A model generated the notes under the pieces. That model was not told the origin of the DNA, did no database searches, and saw nothing but the letters and a program-made list of their open reading frames with translations. DNA of 58,818 nucleotides, counting the filler, from Bipalium vagum (taxonomy: Eukaryota): assembly GCA_037834085.1 (NCBI GenBank). It is 3 parts of 3 records of this genome, joined end to end, with 100 filler letters (N's around TTAATTAATTAA, not from the genome) between each part and the next. Parts side by side here need not be neighbours in the genome. Positions count along the whole stretch, not along the records: positions 1 to 23,440 come from JBBMKC010208931.1; positions 23,541 to 39,578 come from JBBMKC010130644.1; 1 more part is not named here. One strand, 5' to 3'. This document shows, in pieces, positions 13,101 to 24,789 of the stretch. The translations under genes were made by a program, and so were the position numbers. Numbering within the stretch: position 1 is the first letter of the stretch; every line of letters starts with the position of its first letter.

Positions 13101-16100
13101 GATGACAGATGTACGGTTTAAATTGAAGGAGTTTTATATAAAATTAATTGCCACCAGGTTATTGGAGAAAAAAAATCCAAAATCAGTCTCGTCGACTTGG
13201 CGGGCAGTGAACGAGCTCAAAAAACGGGAGCAGTCGGGGAAAGACTTCGCGAAGGCTGTAATATCAATAAATCCTTAACTACACTCATGCTTGTTATATC
13301 TGCATTGGCGGATGCTAAAAGTAATACGATTAAAAAAGCAAAATCAAGTAATAAAACGGCCGGATTTGTTCCATACAGAGATTCAGTTCTCACATGGCTT
13401 TTGAAGGTATTATTGTTATTATTATTATTTACCTTTATTATTTTTACAAATAATTTTCTTTTAATATCAGTATTAGTATATACTATTACTATTATTGTGT
13501 ATTTTCATGATCTTTCTATAATTTTTATTCATTTTTAAAATATTATTTTTACTGTAAAATGTAAAAAAGTTAATTTTTTAATCTTTCATATATTCGTTTT
13601 ACAAGAATCAGATTTCCCTAATTTTTCCAACTCCCTCAATTCATATTCATTCAAATAAACCACTTAGCAGCCTTCACAAATCTTTATCCATAGAAAAATA
13701 TATCAATCGATAAAAGCCACTTAAATGAAATTCAATTAGTTTTCATGTAACTGTTTTCTTCGTTTTCAAGAAGACGAAATTTTCATTTCAATCAATATTT
13801 TCATGCTTGTTATTTAATATTCTGAATTTGTATAAATTTTCGAAAGAAATTATCTTAATCATATTAAAGTTTTCACCGAATGTGTCTTGTGTCACTTGAA
13901 TTTTCCCCCGAAAAAGAGCGTTTTTGCTCACTTGTGTATGAGTGTCTGTCCGCTTTGCAGCAGTTAGATAAGCGGCAAATTGTTGGAAGTGACGAAAATA
14001 TTTATGGAGTCTCGTAGAGAGTAATGTTTGCAACTAATTCAGGTTCATTGGCTATCGATATTTATTTATCATAAATTATTTTCACATTTTGTTTTTCTCA
14101 ACTTTCTTCTGAATTATACATGGTCGTCTGATCTCATTTTTTCAGTTTTTATTGAATTTTTTAAAAAAGAATTTCTAATTTTCTTGTAAAATAGAATATT
14201 TAAAAAGAAAATAATTAAAAATTTATTTATGAAAGAAATTTTTATATTATTGAGTATTTATTACTTTTACCAAGTTTTAAGGTTACTAAATAAATAATTA
14301 AATATTTAATTTTTTAAAATCCTTTTTACGTTCACAAAATTTTTATTAATTATTAATTATTAGGGACGTATAAAAATAGAAAATAAAAAACGACTTAATT
14401 ATTGATACATTGTGTTAGGAAACGAACCTTTAACATGATTATGAAGGCGACAATTTAACCAAAGAAAACTTTCTTAGTGTTATGAAATGAGAAGATAAAT
14501 GAAGAATTATGAAGGCAGTTCTAGAGGATATTTAACTTTATTAATGAAATTATGAATGATATTTAATTGCTTAACTTATTAACTTATTATTCAATATATG
14601 TAATGACAATTATAGAAATTTATTTCTTTAAGGACTAATTTATTAATTATTGATCAATATATTGGTGAGAGTTGTAGTTCGGTAATGACGCTCATAGTGT
14701 CAAAACATAATTTGAAAGTATAAAAATGATGTTAGTAGATTAATTAGCATCGAAAAGTCTAATTTTATTCTAATTACAAGCCACAGAGAAGTAGAGACAA
14801 TATTATTGAATAAGAGAAATATTGATTAAACTATTATACTATTATCACTAATATTATTATTAAAAGAAATTTATTTAAAAATTATAAATATTTATAATTT
14901 CGAAGAAAAAAGGTACTATATTAAAAGGTTACATATTTATATTTTTTTTCTAATGACCATGAATATTAAAATTATTTTTTATTTATCAACCATTTTAATC
15001 TTTTGGTTAATTAATCATAACTAAGTACTACTGATGGTTAAAAACTAAAATAGTAAACATCAAATAAAGTTAATTTTTGTGTAAAACTTTCCTTTTTTGG
15101 AGTAATTCGACATCGTTATTGATCTATATGTATACCGTTAAATTAATTTGAGCGGTGAATGTTGTTGATAAAATCAAATTAAAGGTAAAAATAATGGAAA
15201 AGTGATAATTAATATTTTGATGAATCTGTTTGGGTAATTGAATCATGAACCTGATTCATAGCGAACTCGCATTATAATTGAGTGATCTTGTTTATCTGAA
15301 ACTGAAACTGCGATGCCGAGAGTATGATAGAACTGCTGTAAGAATTATCTATTTTCATCACAAAAAGAGTTATAGTTTTATTGATTTTTATTTTCTTTTC
15401 TTATTAATGTTTTCTTCAATCTCAATTTGCTGTCTGCTACATTTTATATTTCCCGATCCATAGAGAAAGCTAACACAAGAATAAATTTGAAACTGCTCAG
15501 TTTTTGATTAATTAGATAAATCTCAACTTGTCTAATATATGATTTTTTACTGAATTATTACAAAATCAAATTCTACTTAAAGAAAAAAGTACCATATCTT
15601 TTTAATTTTTGAAAAATTACAATGAAAGAATTTTTGAAAGCGATCATTTTTTATCTGAAAATTAATAACAAATCCTCTTGAATGAAATTTTGAAAATACA
15701 TTCATCTTTTAATAAAAAATTTAAACGATTTCATAGAGGATTTTTTTTCGTTGACATATACTTTTTTTATAGTAATTTTTCTTTGCTTTTCGAAAAGAGG
15801 AATTTCAAATCGTTTTTAAAATATTGAATTTACAAAGAAAAATAAATTAAAAAAGATCTAATAAATAGAAAACACTTAAGAAAAATTACTAATTTTATTA
15901 TTTAAAATTAGAATTTATTTTAAAAAATATTTAAAATATTCGAAAGATTAGAATTTTTTTCGATTAATATTTCTGAACCAATCACAACACGGATTCATCA
16001 ATGATGTACTAATCTAGTTATATTTTAACATAATATAAGTTTAACATAAACATTTTCATTTTTTTTTTGAAAAAAATCACTCCAAATTAGTATAAAATGA

Positions 16101-17066
16101 TGTTTTATTTTGAAGAGGATTTTTTTTATAATTGCTGAGGGGCAAATAATTAAAAAAAATCAAAACTGACTCAAAAAGTAAAGCAAATCAATATAGTTTA
16201 TATTTTCAATTTCATGAATGTAGTGATCTATGTGTAGGGAAGACAAAATGTCAACTCAAAACTCGAATTAGTGAACATTCTTAAAAAAGTCGAACAAGTT
16301 TTCTGGATCAGTGAGAGAATGTATAATGTAAAAGCCTATATATGTAGAGCCTTTTATGTAATAATATAAGTGTTTTCATATTTATTATTCTAATAATGAC
16401 TTTAGAATCTGTCATAATTACAGATTTTATTTTAAATGTTTACAAAATATGCACGGAAATTATCAAAATGAGAAATAAATTAACAGTCAAGTATTATAAA
16501 TGAATACAAAGAAAAATTGCATTTACAATGAAATTTTACGGAGATATTTGCATAAACAATAAAGTCGCTAAATTGAATTCTGCCTTATTAATTGTTTGGC
16601 AATGAGTATATATTGAGATTGATAAAATTATCAAGATTAAGAATTCTATTTTACCACTGAAAATCAATAGGGCTGAAACAATTACTGATGATTTATGTCA
16701 TCTTTCTATGTTAAAATTTATTCCAATTTTTCCATTTTATTTAAAATATATTAATTATTGATTTTTTTTTCTTTCACTTGTTTTTTAAAATTTTTTTTCA
16801 CTCTAAAAATTTTTTTTAAAAATTTTATTTTTAAATTCTTAATATTGATTTTTTGAAAAATAGAAATTTAAAGATTGTTATTTTATTAAAATTTTCTGAG
16901 AACTGACGAGATTTGAAATTATGAATAAAAATCGATAAGACATTGAAAAAATATAATGATAATTTTTATAATTTATAATATTTTAAAATTGGAAAATTCT
17001 TTAAATTTTTAATGATTGAAAATATAATTCTTTACTGTCAACTGATTAACACTTAAATACAACAAC

Positions 17067-17121
<55 letters not shown>

Positions 17122-19063
17122 CAATAATAAAAAAGAAAAATAATAAAGAAATAGTAAAGAAATTGTCAAAATACTTTTTATTTGCTTATTTAATATTTTC
17201 TAAGAAATTCTTCTATAATTTTTAAAATAATAAATATTTTTAAATATTAAAATAATGAAGTAAGACATCAAATTCTAAAATTTATATTGTGAAACCTTGT
17301 TAATTCGAACTCTGTAGTAAGTAACAACAGACATTTATATATAATAATAAATTCGGTTAATTCAAAACTTGGATAATTCATTACACTTGTGTCCGCGCGT
17401 TTCGAATTAACGAGGTTTCACTGTATAACAAAATAACATTTGAATATTTCAAGAACGTTTTCTAATCTTCCTTTTTATTGATGAGTAACACCTGAATTGA
17501 TATCCTGTTGATCTAGGACAACCTCGGTGGAAATTCCAAAACGGTTATGGTTGCTACATTGAGTCCTGCAGCAGATAATTACGAGGAAACGTTGTCAACA
17601 TTACGTTATGCTGACAGAGCCAAGAGAATTGTTAATCATGCAGTTGTTAATGAAGATCCAAATGCCAAGATAATTAGGTATTGATTATTAAACTTACATT
17701 GAACACATTTTTAAATCGATTATTTTTTAAATATAGAGAATTAAGAGAGCAAGTTGAAGAACTTAAAAAGGAATTGGTGAATGCTAAAGAAAGACAAGCT
17801 CCAAATTTAAAAGAAAAACTCCAAGAATCAGAAAATATTATCAAAGAACTTTCAAAAACATGGGAAGAGAAATTGATTGAAACGGAGAAAAAGCATAAGG
17901 TTTTTCGGAAATTAATCCCAAAATTATTTTAAATAACCGTAAATATTTTCCAGGAAAGACACGAGGCGCTGGAGAAAATGGGAATTTCTGTTCAGACTTC
18001 TGGAATAAAAGTCGAAAAATCGAAGTTCTATTTGGTCAATCTCAACTCAGATCCTTCTTTAAATGAGTTACTCGTTTATTATTTAAAGGTTAGGCTATTA
18101 TTATTATTTATTATTTTTTTACAAATTTTATTAAAATATCTTGTACAGTCGGTGCTGCTTTAGCCGGATTTGAGTGAATTGCTAAAATTCGGATGATTTG
18201 TCAAATAGACTTCCATATTATTTTTTATTGTTGAGAATTATTGTCGCTTTTTTATATAAAAAAAATCAAAATTTGATAAGTCAACATGGAAAACATATTA
18301 ATTTAAATAATTACCATTGCCATTATTAACAACTTGTCAATGTCCTAAGAGTTTAATAATACTGTCTCTAAAAGATTTCGGAAAACAAAATTCGCAAAAG
18401 AAGCAAACGTTCTACTTTTGAAGCTTTTTGAATTTTCCAATTTTTGGAAGATGGTCGCAAACTATAGTATTGGGAACTCAAATAAGTTCTGGAAGTGAAC
18501 GAGTTGATTGTTGAGGATTTGACTCGATAATAACTTTTAAATGATTTTTATCAATAACTACTGGTCTCTCTGACATTTGAGATTTAGAGTAGTTCTTTAA
18601 TTTGAACTGTTTTTTTATCTGCTTTTTCCTATTTTAAATCACATGGACCAGGTAGATCAAATATTACATTTTCTTATTTAGAAAATAAAATAGTCAATTA
18701 ATTAATATAATTAATAAATATAAAATATAATTAATACAATAAATAATTAATAAATAAAAAAGCAAAAATTTTAAATAATTATAAACTTTCAGCCTAATTT
18801 TAAATTATTTAATATTGTGTTAAATATAAAAAATGTAAGGTTAATAATATAATAAATAATATTTTAATTGATTTAGTTCATCAAAAATTTTCATTAAAAA
18901 CAACCCTTTTTTATATTATTGTTTTTTAAATATGGTTATATTTATGTGTTTCAGTTTTAATTTATAAACTGTTGTCACATATTACATAACAAACGACTTA
19001 TTATTACAAAGCATTAAATCTTGTGTCAAAAAGTAGTTGTAGAAATTGAAACCAGCCATTTTT

Positions 19064-19097
<34 letters not shown>

Positions 19098-20989
19098 TTG
19101 ATAATAATAATAATAATATTGAAATTAAAAATTGTAGAATAAATAATAAAAAACAATAATTTCCATAATCAATAGTTAAGATTTCTTTAAATATTATAAA
19201 TTATTTAAATGATCGAGAAATGACATTGGTTTTTAATTAACAATTTTAATCTTGATATTTTAGAATGTAATCAAATATGAAAATTCAAATGAAAATTTCC
19301 ATTTTTTATACTACATTTTTGTAACATTATAAATGTCAAACGTGGTAAAAGAAAGTAAAAAAAAGTAAAATTGAAAATAAAAAGCTTTTTTCGAATAATA
19401 ATGCGGGGCATGTACATGCTTAACCTTTATAAGAAACTGCATCACCACAGGTTTTCTGTGTTCTTGTTTTAATCATTTTATATAATATTTGATCATTGAT
19501 CAATTTTCAAGATTATATTAATATCAATAGTAATTCTCAAGATCATTAAATCTGAATTTCGTATAAAACTCAGTCGATTATTTAGTTTTGTGTTCTTTTT
19601 ATAGTCGATTTTTTATTACGTGATTTTAAATAAAAATATTTTATAAATTCTTGGTTAGATTTATGATTATTATCTTGTATTTTATGTCAAGGTGATCTAG
19701 ACATTTTTATTTTCGTATTTCTACAGGTTTATGGAAAGAGAAATTTGATATCAATTCATTTGTTTATTTTCGTTTCGACTGAATAATGAAAAAATAAATC
19801 TCATAAAAGACACAATAATCCTCGACATCATCAGAAATGTAATTGTCTCAGGCCTATTATTAACGGAATTTTAACTGTAATTCAAATTGTTTACGTAATG
19901 AAATTCTCCAAAAATTATTATTAGTATTCAAAGGTGGAGACACATCTCTTGTATCTTTATCTGCTCTGAATGTGAAATAGGTTTTCCGTAGAAAACTTCA
20001 TATGTTGGGTGTGACAACCAATTGTATAGGGAATCTTAGTTTAAAGACATATTTTCTTCCGTTACTCGTATTACGGAGACATCTTAGAGAATAAGAAACC
20101 AACTTCGACCATTATTAATTATACCAAGAGAATTTTAAAACTTATTTTCAAACGAAATCATCTTGACCATTACAATATAACAAAATGAACTTTTGCAAAT
20201 TATCATTATTAAAAATTAGTAAATTTCTCATTTCAAGAAATTATCAATATTTATCCTTTATAATTTTTTATAAAATAATAATTATTAAATTAATTTTTAT
20301 TATTAAATTTTATTTATTTACATTGGTTATTTCTTATTGAATTTTTTATATTTTTGAAAATAAAACTTTTGAACAAAGGGCGACAAAAAGAAATTATTAA
20401 TTTTCAAAATTATTGAACTATTGTAATAAATTAACGTTTTTTATTCTTTAAGAATATTTTACAATATCAATTTTGACGAAGTTACTTTTTTATAATTTTA
20501 ATATACGAGGGTATGTGTGATTATAATAAAATTATTTTAAATATTTTTATAGTTTAAGAATTTATTCAGATTATAATTTAATTGGTGTTTTCAATTAATA
20601 ATAAAAAAATTAATTATTTTAATTACGTATATTTTTCATAATAATTGATAATTATAATTACAAATTTAAATAGTTAAAAATATTCCTATAACACAAAATA
20701 TATTACTCAAAAGATTATATCTTCGAGTATAACAAAATAAATGTTTTAAAGATAAATCTATGAACACTTAGTACAATGTGATCTAATCTTGATATTATCC
20801 AATTTTTAATTTAGCACAAGAAATAAGGATTTATATCATTTCATTTTGAATTAATATTTAGGATATCACAGGAGTTGGACGGGGTTCTAATCAAGATATT
20901 CAGTTACACGGATTGGGAATTCATGAAAAACATTGTGTACTGGAAATTATTGATAACGAGGTCTATTTGACTCCTTTGGATAATGCAAG
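2380..20989 (+). CDS. KIF13: Kinesin-3 family motor, KIF13A/B / Khc-73-like; 13 exons, about 523 codons, 3'-partial (remainder lost at or beyond the contig gap)
   Basis: Manual splicing of join(2380..2449,2499..2580,2627..2654,2706..2763,2806..2898,3501..3681,8977..9064,12976..13110,13158..13406,17517..17677,17737..17899,17954..18088,20862..20989) gives an open frame with all introns GT-AG and matching phases. Motifs: KVAVRVRP, P-loop [10 protein letters not shown], switch I SSRSH, switch [34 protein letters not shown]13-type [16 protein letters not shown]...[19 protein letters not shown], and the FHA start. Confidence 0.95.
2499..2580 (+). CDS. KIF13: KIF13-like exon 2 ([27 protein letters not shown])
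   Basis: tttag acceptor, gtaaag donor, phase 1 to 2. Confidence 0.88.
2627..2654 (+). CDS. KIF13: KIF13-like exon 3, 28 nt ([10 protein letters not shown])
   Basis: aag acceptor, gtcagt donor; needed to restore frame between exons 2 and 4. Confidence 0.75.
2706..2763 (+). CDS. KIF13: KIF13-like exon 4 ([19 protein letters not shown])
   Basis: Kinesin-3 FxFD..FWS motif, AG/GT boundaries. Confidence 0.92.
2806..2898 (+). CDS. KIF13: KIF13-like exon 5 ([10 protein letters not shown]...[12 protein letters not shown])
   Basis: [13 protein letters not shown] motif, gtaagg donor. Confidence 0.95.
3501..3681 (+). CDS. KIF13: KIF13-like exon 6 ([10 protein letters not shown]...[19 protein letters not shown])
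   Basis: P-loop; lies within ORF 3479..3685; cag acceptor, gtaatt donor. Confidence 0.96.
3768..3779 (+). CDS. KIF13: Candidate alternatively spliced 12-nt microexon of KIF13-like gene (adds M-D-P-S in motor loop 8)
   Basis: tttttcactttag|CATGGATCCAAG|gtgaga; symmetric phase 2-2, no stop. Confidence 0.5.
6741..6772. repeat. (TA)16 microsatellite
   Basis: Perfect dinucleotide run. Confidence 0.95.
8977..9064 (+). CDS. KIF13: KIF13-like exon 7 ([29 protein letters not shown])
   Basis: Lx[12 protein letters not shown] motif; ttccag acceptor, gtaaaa donor; absent from the ORF track. Confidence 0.95.
10048..10120. repeat. (ATA)n microsatellite
   Basis: Perfect trinucleotide run, about 24 units. 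Confidence 0.95.
10337..10591 (-). mobile_element. Miniature non-autonomous LTR retrotransposon (TRIM) with tRNA-derived LTRs, Helenus-like
   Basis: Minus strand: 5' LTR 10591-10479 (TGTG...TAACA), PBS TGGCGACCA directly after, about 90 nt internal region ending in a purine-rich tract, internally deleted 3' LTR 10379-10337 (TGTG...TAACA). Exact 5-bp TSD ATGAT at 10332-10336 and 10592-10596. Confidence 0.8.
10495..10566 (-). pseudogene. tRNA-Ala-like sequence (non-functional, embedded in LTR)
   Basis: GGGGATGTAGCTCAGCGGTCAGAGC...CGC...GGTCCCGGGTTCGAATCACGGTATCCCG: Pol III A box and B box intact, 5' end typical of eukaryotic tRNA-Ala, anticodon stem cannot pair. Confidence 0.75.
12976..13110 (+). 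CDS. KIF13: KIF13-like exon 8 ([31 protein letters not shown]...)
   Basis: Switch I; cacag acceptor, gtacgg donor. Confidence 0.95.
13158..13406 (+). CDS. KIF13: KIF13-like exon 9 ([19 protein letters not shown]...[13 protein letters not shown])
   Basis: Switch II, alpha4, loop 12; ccag acceptor, gtatta donor. Confidence 0.95.
16180..16283 (+). mobile_element. Penelope-like element GIY-YIG endonuclease fragment (decayed)
   Basis: Reads ...NIVYIF / [21 protein letters not shown], matching the PLE pattern VY.F.C..C...Y(I/V)GKT.R.L..R..EH. Confidence 0.55.
17069..17120. repeat. (AAT)n microsatellite
   Basis: Trinucleotide run. Confidence 0.9.
17287..17423. mobile_element. pogo/Tigger-type MITE (about 137 bp)
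   Basis: Inverted ends GTGAAACCTTGTTAATTCGAA / TTCGAATTAACGAGGTTTCACTG, TA flanks. Confidence 0.8.
17517..17677 (+). CDS. KIF13: KIF13-like exon 10 ([53 protein letters not shown])
   Basis: End of motor domain and neck linker; AG/GT boundaries. Confidence 0.96.
17737..17899 (+). CDS. KIF13: KIF13-like exon 11 (neck coil/CC1: [12 protein letters not shown]...[14 protein letters not shown])
   Basis: Kinesin-3 TWEEKL motif; tag acceptor, gt donor. Confidence 0.92.
17954..18088 (+). CDS. KIF13: KIF13-like exon 12 ([22 protein letters not shown]...LVYYLK)
   Basis: KIF13-diagnostic segment preceding the FHA domain. Confidence 0.94.
19900..20100 (+). mobile_element. Possible second Penelope-like GIY-YIG remnant
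   Basis: CIFICSECE...TSYVG fragment with stops; weak match. Confidence 0.3.
20862..20989 (+). CDS. KIF13: KIF13-like exon 13, first half of FHA domain ([29 protein letters not shown]...LTPLDNAR)
   Basis: FHA GR...QDIQL.GLGI..EHC pattern; tttag acceptor, gt donor. Confidence 0.92.
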
Positions 20990-21372
20990 GTTCAATATTT
21001 TCGTTAAATATAATAATATTAAAAAAATTATTTCTTATATATCATATTTATATTAGTTGTTTATATATTATTTGTTTATATATTATTTCTATTTCATATT
21101 AAATAATTTATTTTCACAAGTCATTAAGATTCGTACAGTAGAAAAATTAAGAAGTCCATGAAAATTTCTACATAAATCATATAAGGGAATGTTATTGAAT
21201 CTGTTTAAAATAATAAGCATATACAGCGTTGTTCAATAAAATAGTAGTGCTGATATTTAATTTTTTAAAATCGACGTTGTATGGAGTCAACTAAGTTCGC
21301 ACATCTTTGTGGAAATTATGTATTTTGGATATCATTTTGTGCGTATAATAATGAATTTTGCACCATATTCTA

Positions 21373-21635
21373 CAGTCCTAATCAAAAGTCTGAGCGCACC
21401 TTCAAATATTGAATTGATTTCATTTATCCATTGGGATGACATCAATTTAGATAAATGTATTTGTATAACTCTGACCTATATCAATTTATTGTTTTTTCAT
21501 TAATATTGCATAATTATCAATATTATTCTTGTCAAATAAATACTTTGGTTTAAATAATGGCTGAATTATATGCTGAAAAAAGGGCTCAAATTTTTATTTT
21601 GCGCGACGAGGGTTATTCGCAGAGACAAATTATTA
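21373..21635 (+). mobile_element. 5' end of a Tc1-family transposon (TIR, leader, start of transposase)
   Basis: TA|CAGTCC... terminus; MAELYAEKRAQIFILRDEGYSQRQI HTH start; close copy at 24790-25022. Confidence 0.75.
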
Positions 21636-21739
21636 TGCATATCTCATGTCACTGTGAGTTCAACATAATTGTTGTTAATTCAAATTTTATGAAGTAATAA
21701 GACTGCGGAATAATTAAAGAAAAGGGATATTTTTTTTAT

Positions 21740-22270
21740 TTAATTATCTTACATTTTTTCCATTTATATAATCTGATAAAATGTTCTTAAAATCGCCAAT
21801 TTCAGGAAAGAAGTCCATTTCTGAATTATGTTCAAAATTAATCACTATTTTTTTCCATTGCTAGAAAAGGTTTTCAATCTGGTTGAAAAATGGACTATAA
21901 GCAGCTAGAAAAGAGACTTCATGCGAGATATTTTCAATGAAGCTTCTTATTTCACTACATTTCTGGAATGAAGAATTATCACTTATGATAACCGTATTTT
22001 CCATTTCATTTCCCTCTAGCTTCTCAAAAAAATTTCCAATATATTGAAGCAATTTTGTACGGTTACAAGGAGATTGATTTTGTACGAATCTCAAAGGGGC
22101 CTTACAAAATACTTTTTTAGTGTTAGAAAATAATAGATCAGTATCTAAAAATAGTTCTCTTTTATGCTTAGAAACTAAGTGAAACCATGGGAAATGTATA
22201 TAACATGAGTTTTTTTGGAGAAAAACCATAATTACGTTTATAGCCTTTTTTATATATGGAGCTGCACCGT
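21740..22270 (-). mobile_element. IS630/Tc1-superfamily (DDE_3) transposase relic
   Basis: ORF 21861..22286: VIISDNSSFQK...FLAAYSPFFNQIENLF (DN..FH / P.YSP..NPIE motifs). Confidence 0.75.
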
Positions 22271-22900
22271 TTTGTTCAAACACCATTTGTCATTTTTAGG
22301 GGAGTTGCAGAATTCCACGTTGATAGAAGGTTACTTCTTTACTCGCGAAAAACTGATCCAAGCGATTTCTGACCTCATTGAAACTGAAACTTTTACTATC
22401 TAAAAAATTGTAAGGACCGAAAGAGGTAATGATCAGATGGTGCAATTGAAGATAGTGGTTGGGGCAACATATCCCATCCAAGCTGTAACAGCTTCTGACA
22501 AGTGTACAAACTTGTGTGAGGTCGAGAATTATTCTGCTGGAATACCACACCTTTTCTATTAATTAATTCTGGCATTCTTTGCTTCCTGGTTTCATCCAAT
22601 TCTTCCAGTTGATTGCAGTAAACTATATAATCTATTGTGGTATTTCTCGGTAAAAGTTCAAATTAAATTATTCCTTTATAATCCTACCAAACAGAGAGCA
22701 TTACTTTTGGAGTACTTTGACTTACTCACCTTCTGTACACCATGGTCGTTTTCATTTTACATTGTTATACAAAATCCATTTCTCGTTTCCGGTTACTAGG
22801 CGCTTCAAAAATAGACTATTTTTTTGACGTAGCAGAAAAAAATCACAAATATTAATGAGACGCACCAAATCTCGTCCTTTAAGAAATTGAGTAACTCATA
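22270..22900 (-). mobile_element. mariner (DD34D) transposase pseudogene
   Basis: RKGVVFQQNNSRPHT...LGWDMLPQP...IAPSDHYLFRSLQ; upstream LVTGNEKWI; frameshifts and stops. Confidence 0.85.
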
Positions 22901-23374
22901 TATCCTTAACAACAACCTTATATTTAAAATTGAAGTTTGTTGATTTAATAAATATTATTTAAACAAACATGTAAAACAATTAAATTTTGCAAAAATGTGT
23001 ATTTCAAAGTGAAATGTGTAGCAATATGCAAAATATGCAATTTTATATTTTCGGTTGCTATAAAAATAAACATAAGTAATATCGATTTTTATACATAATA
23101 ATTTTATTATTCATTAATTGTTTTTGAGATTCAATAATTTTTCACAGAATTTGAAAAATGAAATAAGGAAACCACCAAAAATATTAGTGCTTCTACTGTC
23201 TAAAGTCTCAGAATTTTGAATGGCATTAAAGAAATATTCATTTTTCATCGGTATTTTGTTAATCTAAAAATTATGATATTGGTCAATATTTGTCTTAATC
23301 AAGGCTGATTTAAAGTTAAAATTATATTATTTATAATCATATAAAAATATTTAATGAATTTTGAATTATTATTA

Positions 23375-23379
<5 letters not shown>

Positions 23380-23440
<61 letters not shown>
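23380..23440. repeat. (TTA)n microsatellite at contig end
   Basis: Perfect run up to the N gap. Confidence 0.95.
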
Positions 23441-23540
23441 NNNNNNNNNNNNNNNNNNNNNNNNNNNNNNNNNNNNNNNNNNNNTTAATTAATTAANNNN
23501 NNNNNNNNNNNNNNNNNNNNNNNNNNNNNNNNNNNNNNNN
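23441..23540. other. Artificial assembly spacer N44-TTAATTAATTAA-N44 (stops in all six frames)
   Basis: Exactly 100 nt, identical to the spacer at 39579-39678. Confidence 0.97.

Positions 23541-23613
<73 letters not shown>
23541..23613. repeat. (TAA)n microsatellite at contig start
   Basis: Perfect run after the N gap. Confidence 0.95.
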
Positions 23614-23614
<1 letters not shown>

Positions 23615-24299
23615 TTTGATCTTTTATGAGACTGAAATTACTTGTTTAAAACTATCTCTGAAAGAGATTGCTGTTTTTAAGAAAAATGATACAAAATGAA
23701 AATAAGCAATTAATATTTGTCTCGATCAAGAAAAATGAAAAACGACACAGAAGTGCAATAATGTAATAATAAATTATCAAAAGACCAATGGTAAATAATA
23801 ATATTAAAACAAATGAATAAATTATTATTCAAAAATATAAAATGGAGAAAAATAAAAACAAAATAAAACAAAATGCTTTTACAATTAAAATATTAAGGTA
23901 CCACAATATATTTTTTAAATTATTTTATTTATTAAATCCACATGACATCAAGACCATTAAAGTTGTTCACAAAATCGAACATTTATGTTAATATTTAGGC
24001 ATCACATCTCTCATGTTTCAGCATGAAGCTCACTTTCTTAAACAAAAAGCCTTTCTTTTCTACGAAAACCAAAATCGATCAAAGCAACTTGCACAAAGAT
24101 TTCGAAAATCTTCTAATCAATCTCATTCTACCAAATTACCTTTAATAAATAATGCTATTTTAAACTCCTTTGTTCCAATTTTTTTAATTGAGAGTAAGCA
24201 ACATGTTTTGTCTCAAATATGCTTATCCACATAAAAGTACTAAAAGATTATAAAACGAGATTTCAACAAAACAATTGTATTAGTCATCATATAAACACG

Positions 24300-24780
24300 T
24301 ATTATTTGACAAATTATAAGTGGTCTGGCCTCCTCTTTTGTCAATACATTCATGTAGTATTCTCCCCATGCTTAAAATAATTTTTTGAAATGCTCTTGTG
24401 GTATTAGTTCCCATTGCTCTATTGACCATTTGTTCTTTTGCAGTTGACATGTGATTATAATTTTATCTGACGCGTCGACCAAAATCATCCCAAGCATGTT
24501 CAAGAGGTCACATATCATGAGATATTGCTGACCAAGGAAGAATTGGTACATTTCTGGCACAAAAAGCATCTGTTATTATTTGTGCTATATGTGGTCTTGT
24601 ATTATCATGCTGCATCACAAGATTCTGTTTACAGTACTTGGAAGAATGTGCTACTTGATAATTTCATTAAGATATTGTACACTAATTAATGAACCATCAA
24701 TAATAACTGGAGCTGTTTAGACATCCAACCATATGCCGCACCAGAACATGACGCTTCCACAAGCATTGCTGATCATAATT
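24300..24780 (-). mobile_element. Tc1-family transposase pseudogene fragment
   Basis: GSVMFWCGI, MQHDNTRPHIA, and an EHAWD motif in broken frames. Confidence 0.75.
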
Positions 24781-24789
24781 TTTAATATA

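Noticed and set aside
12991-13538. Apparent frameshift between two overlapping kinesin ORFs
   Set aside because: Explained by the 47-nt intron 13111-13157; not a pseudogene or programmed frameshift.
13960-14022. Exon-like segment in kinesin intron 9 after ...ctttgcag
   Set aside because: The in-phase reading hits TAG, and exons 9 and 10 already join without a gap in the motor sequence.
23380-23613. Large (TTA)n/(TAA)n palindrome centred on TTAATTAATTAA
   Set aside because: The centre is an artificial assembly linker; the symmetry is not evidence of a real hairpin or telomere.
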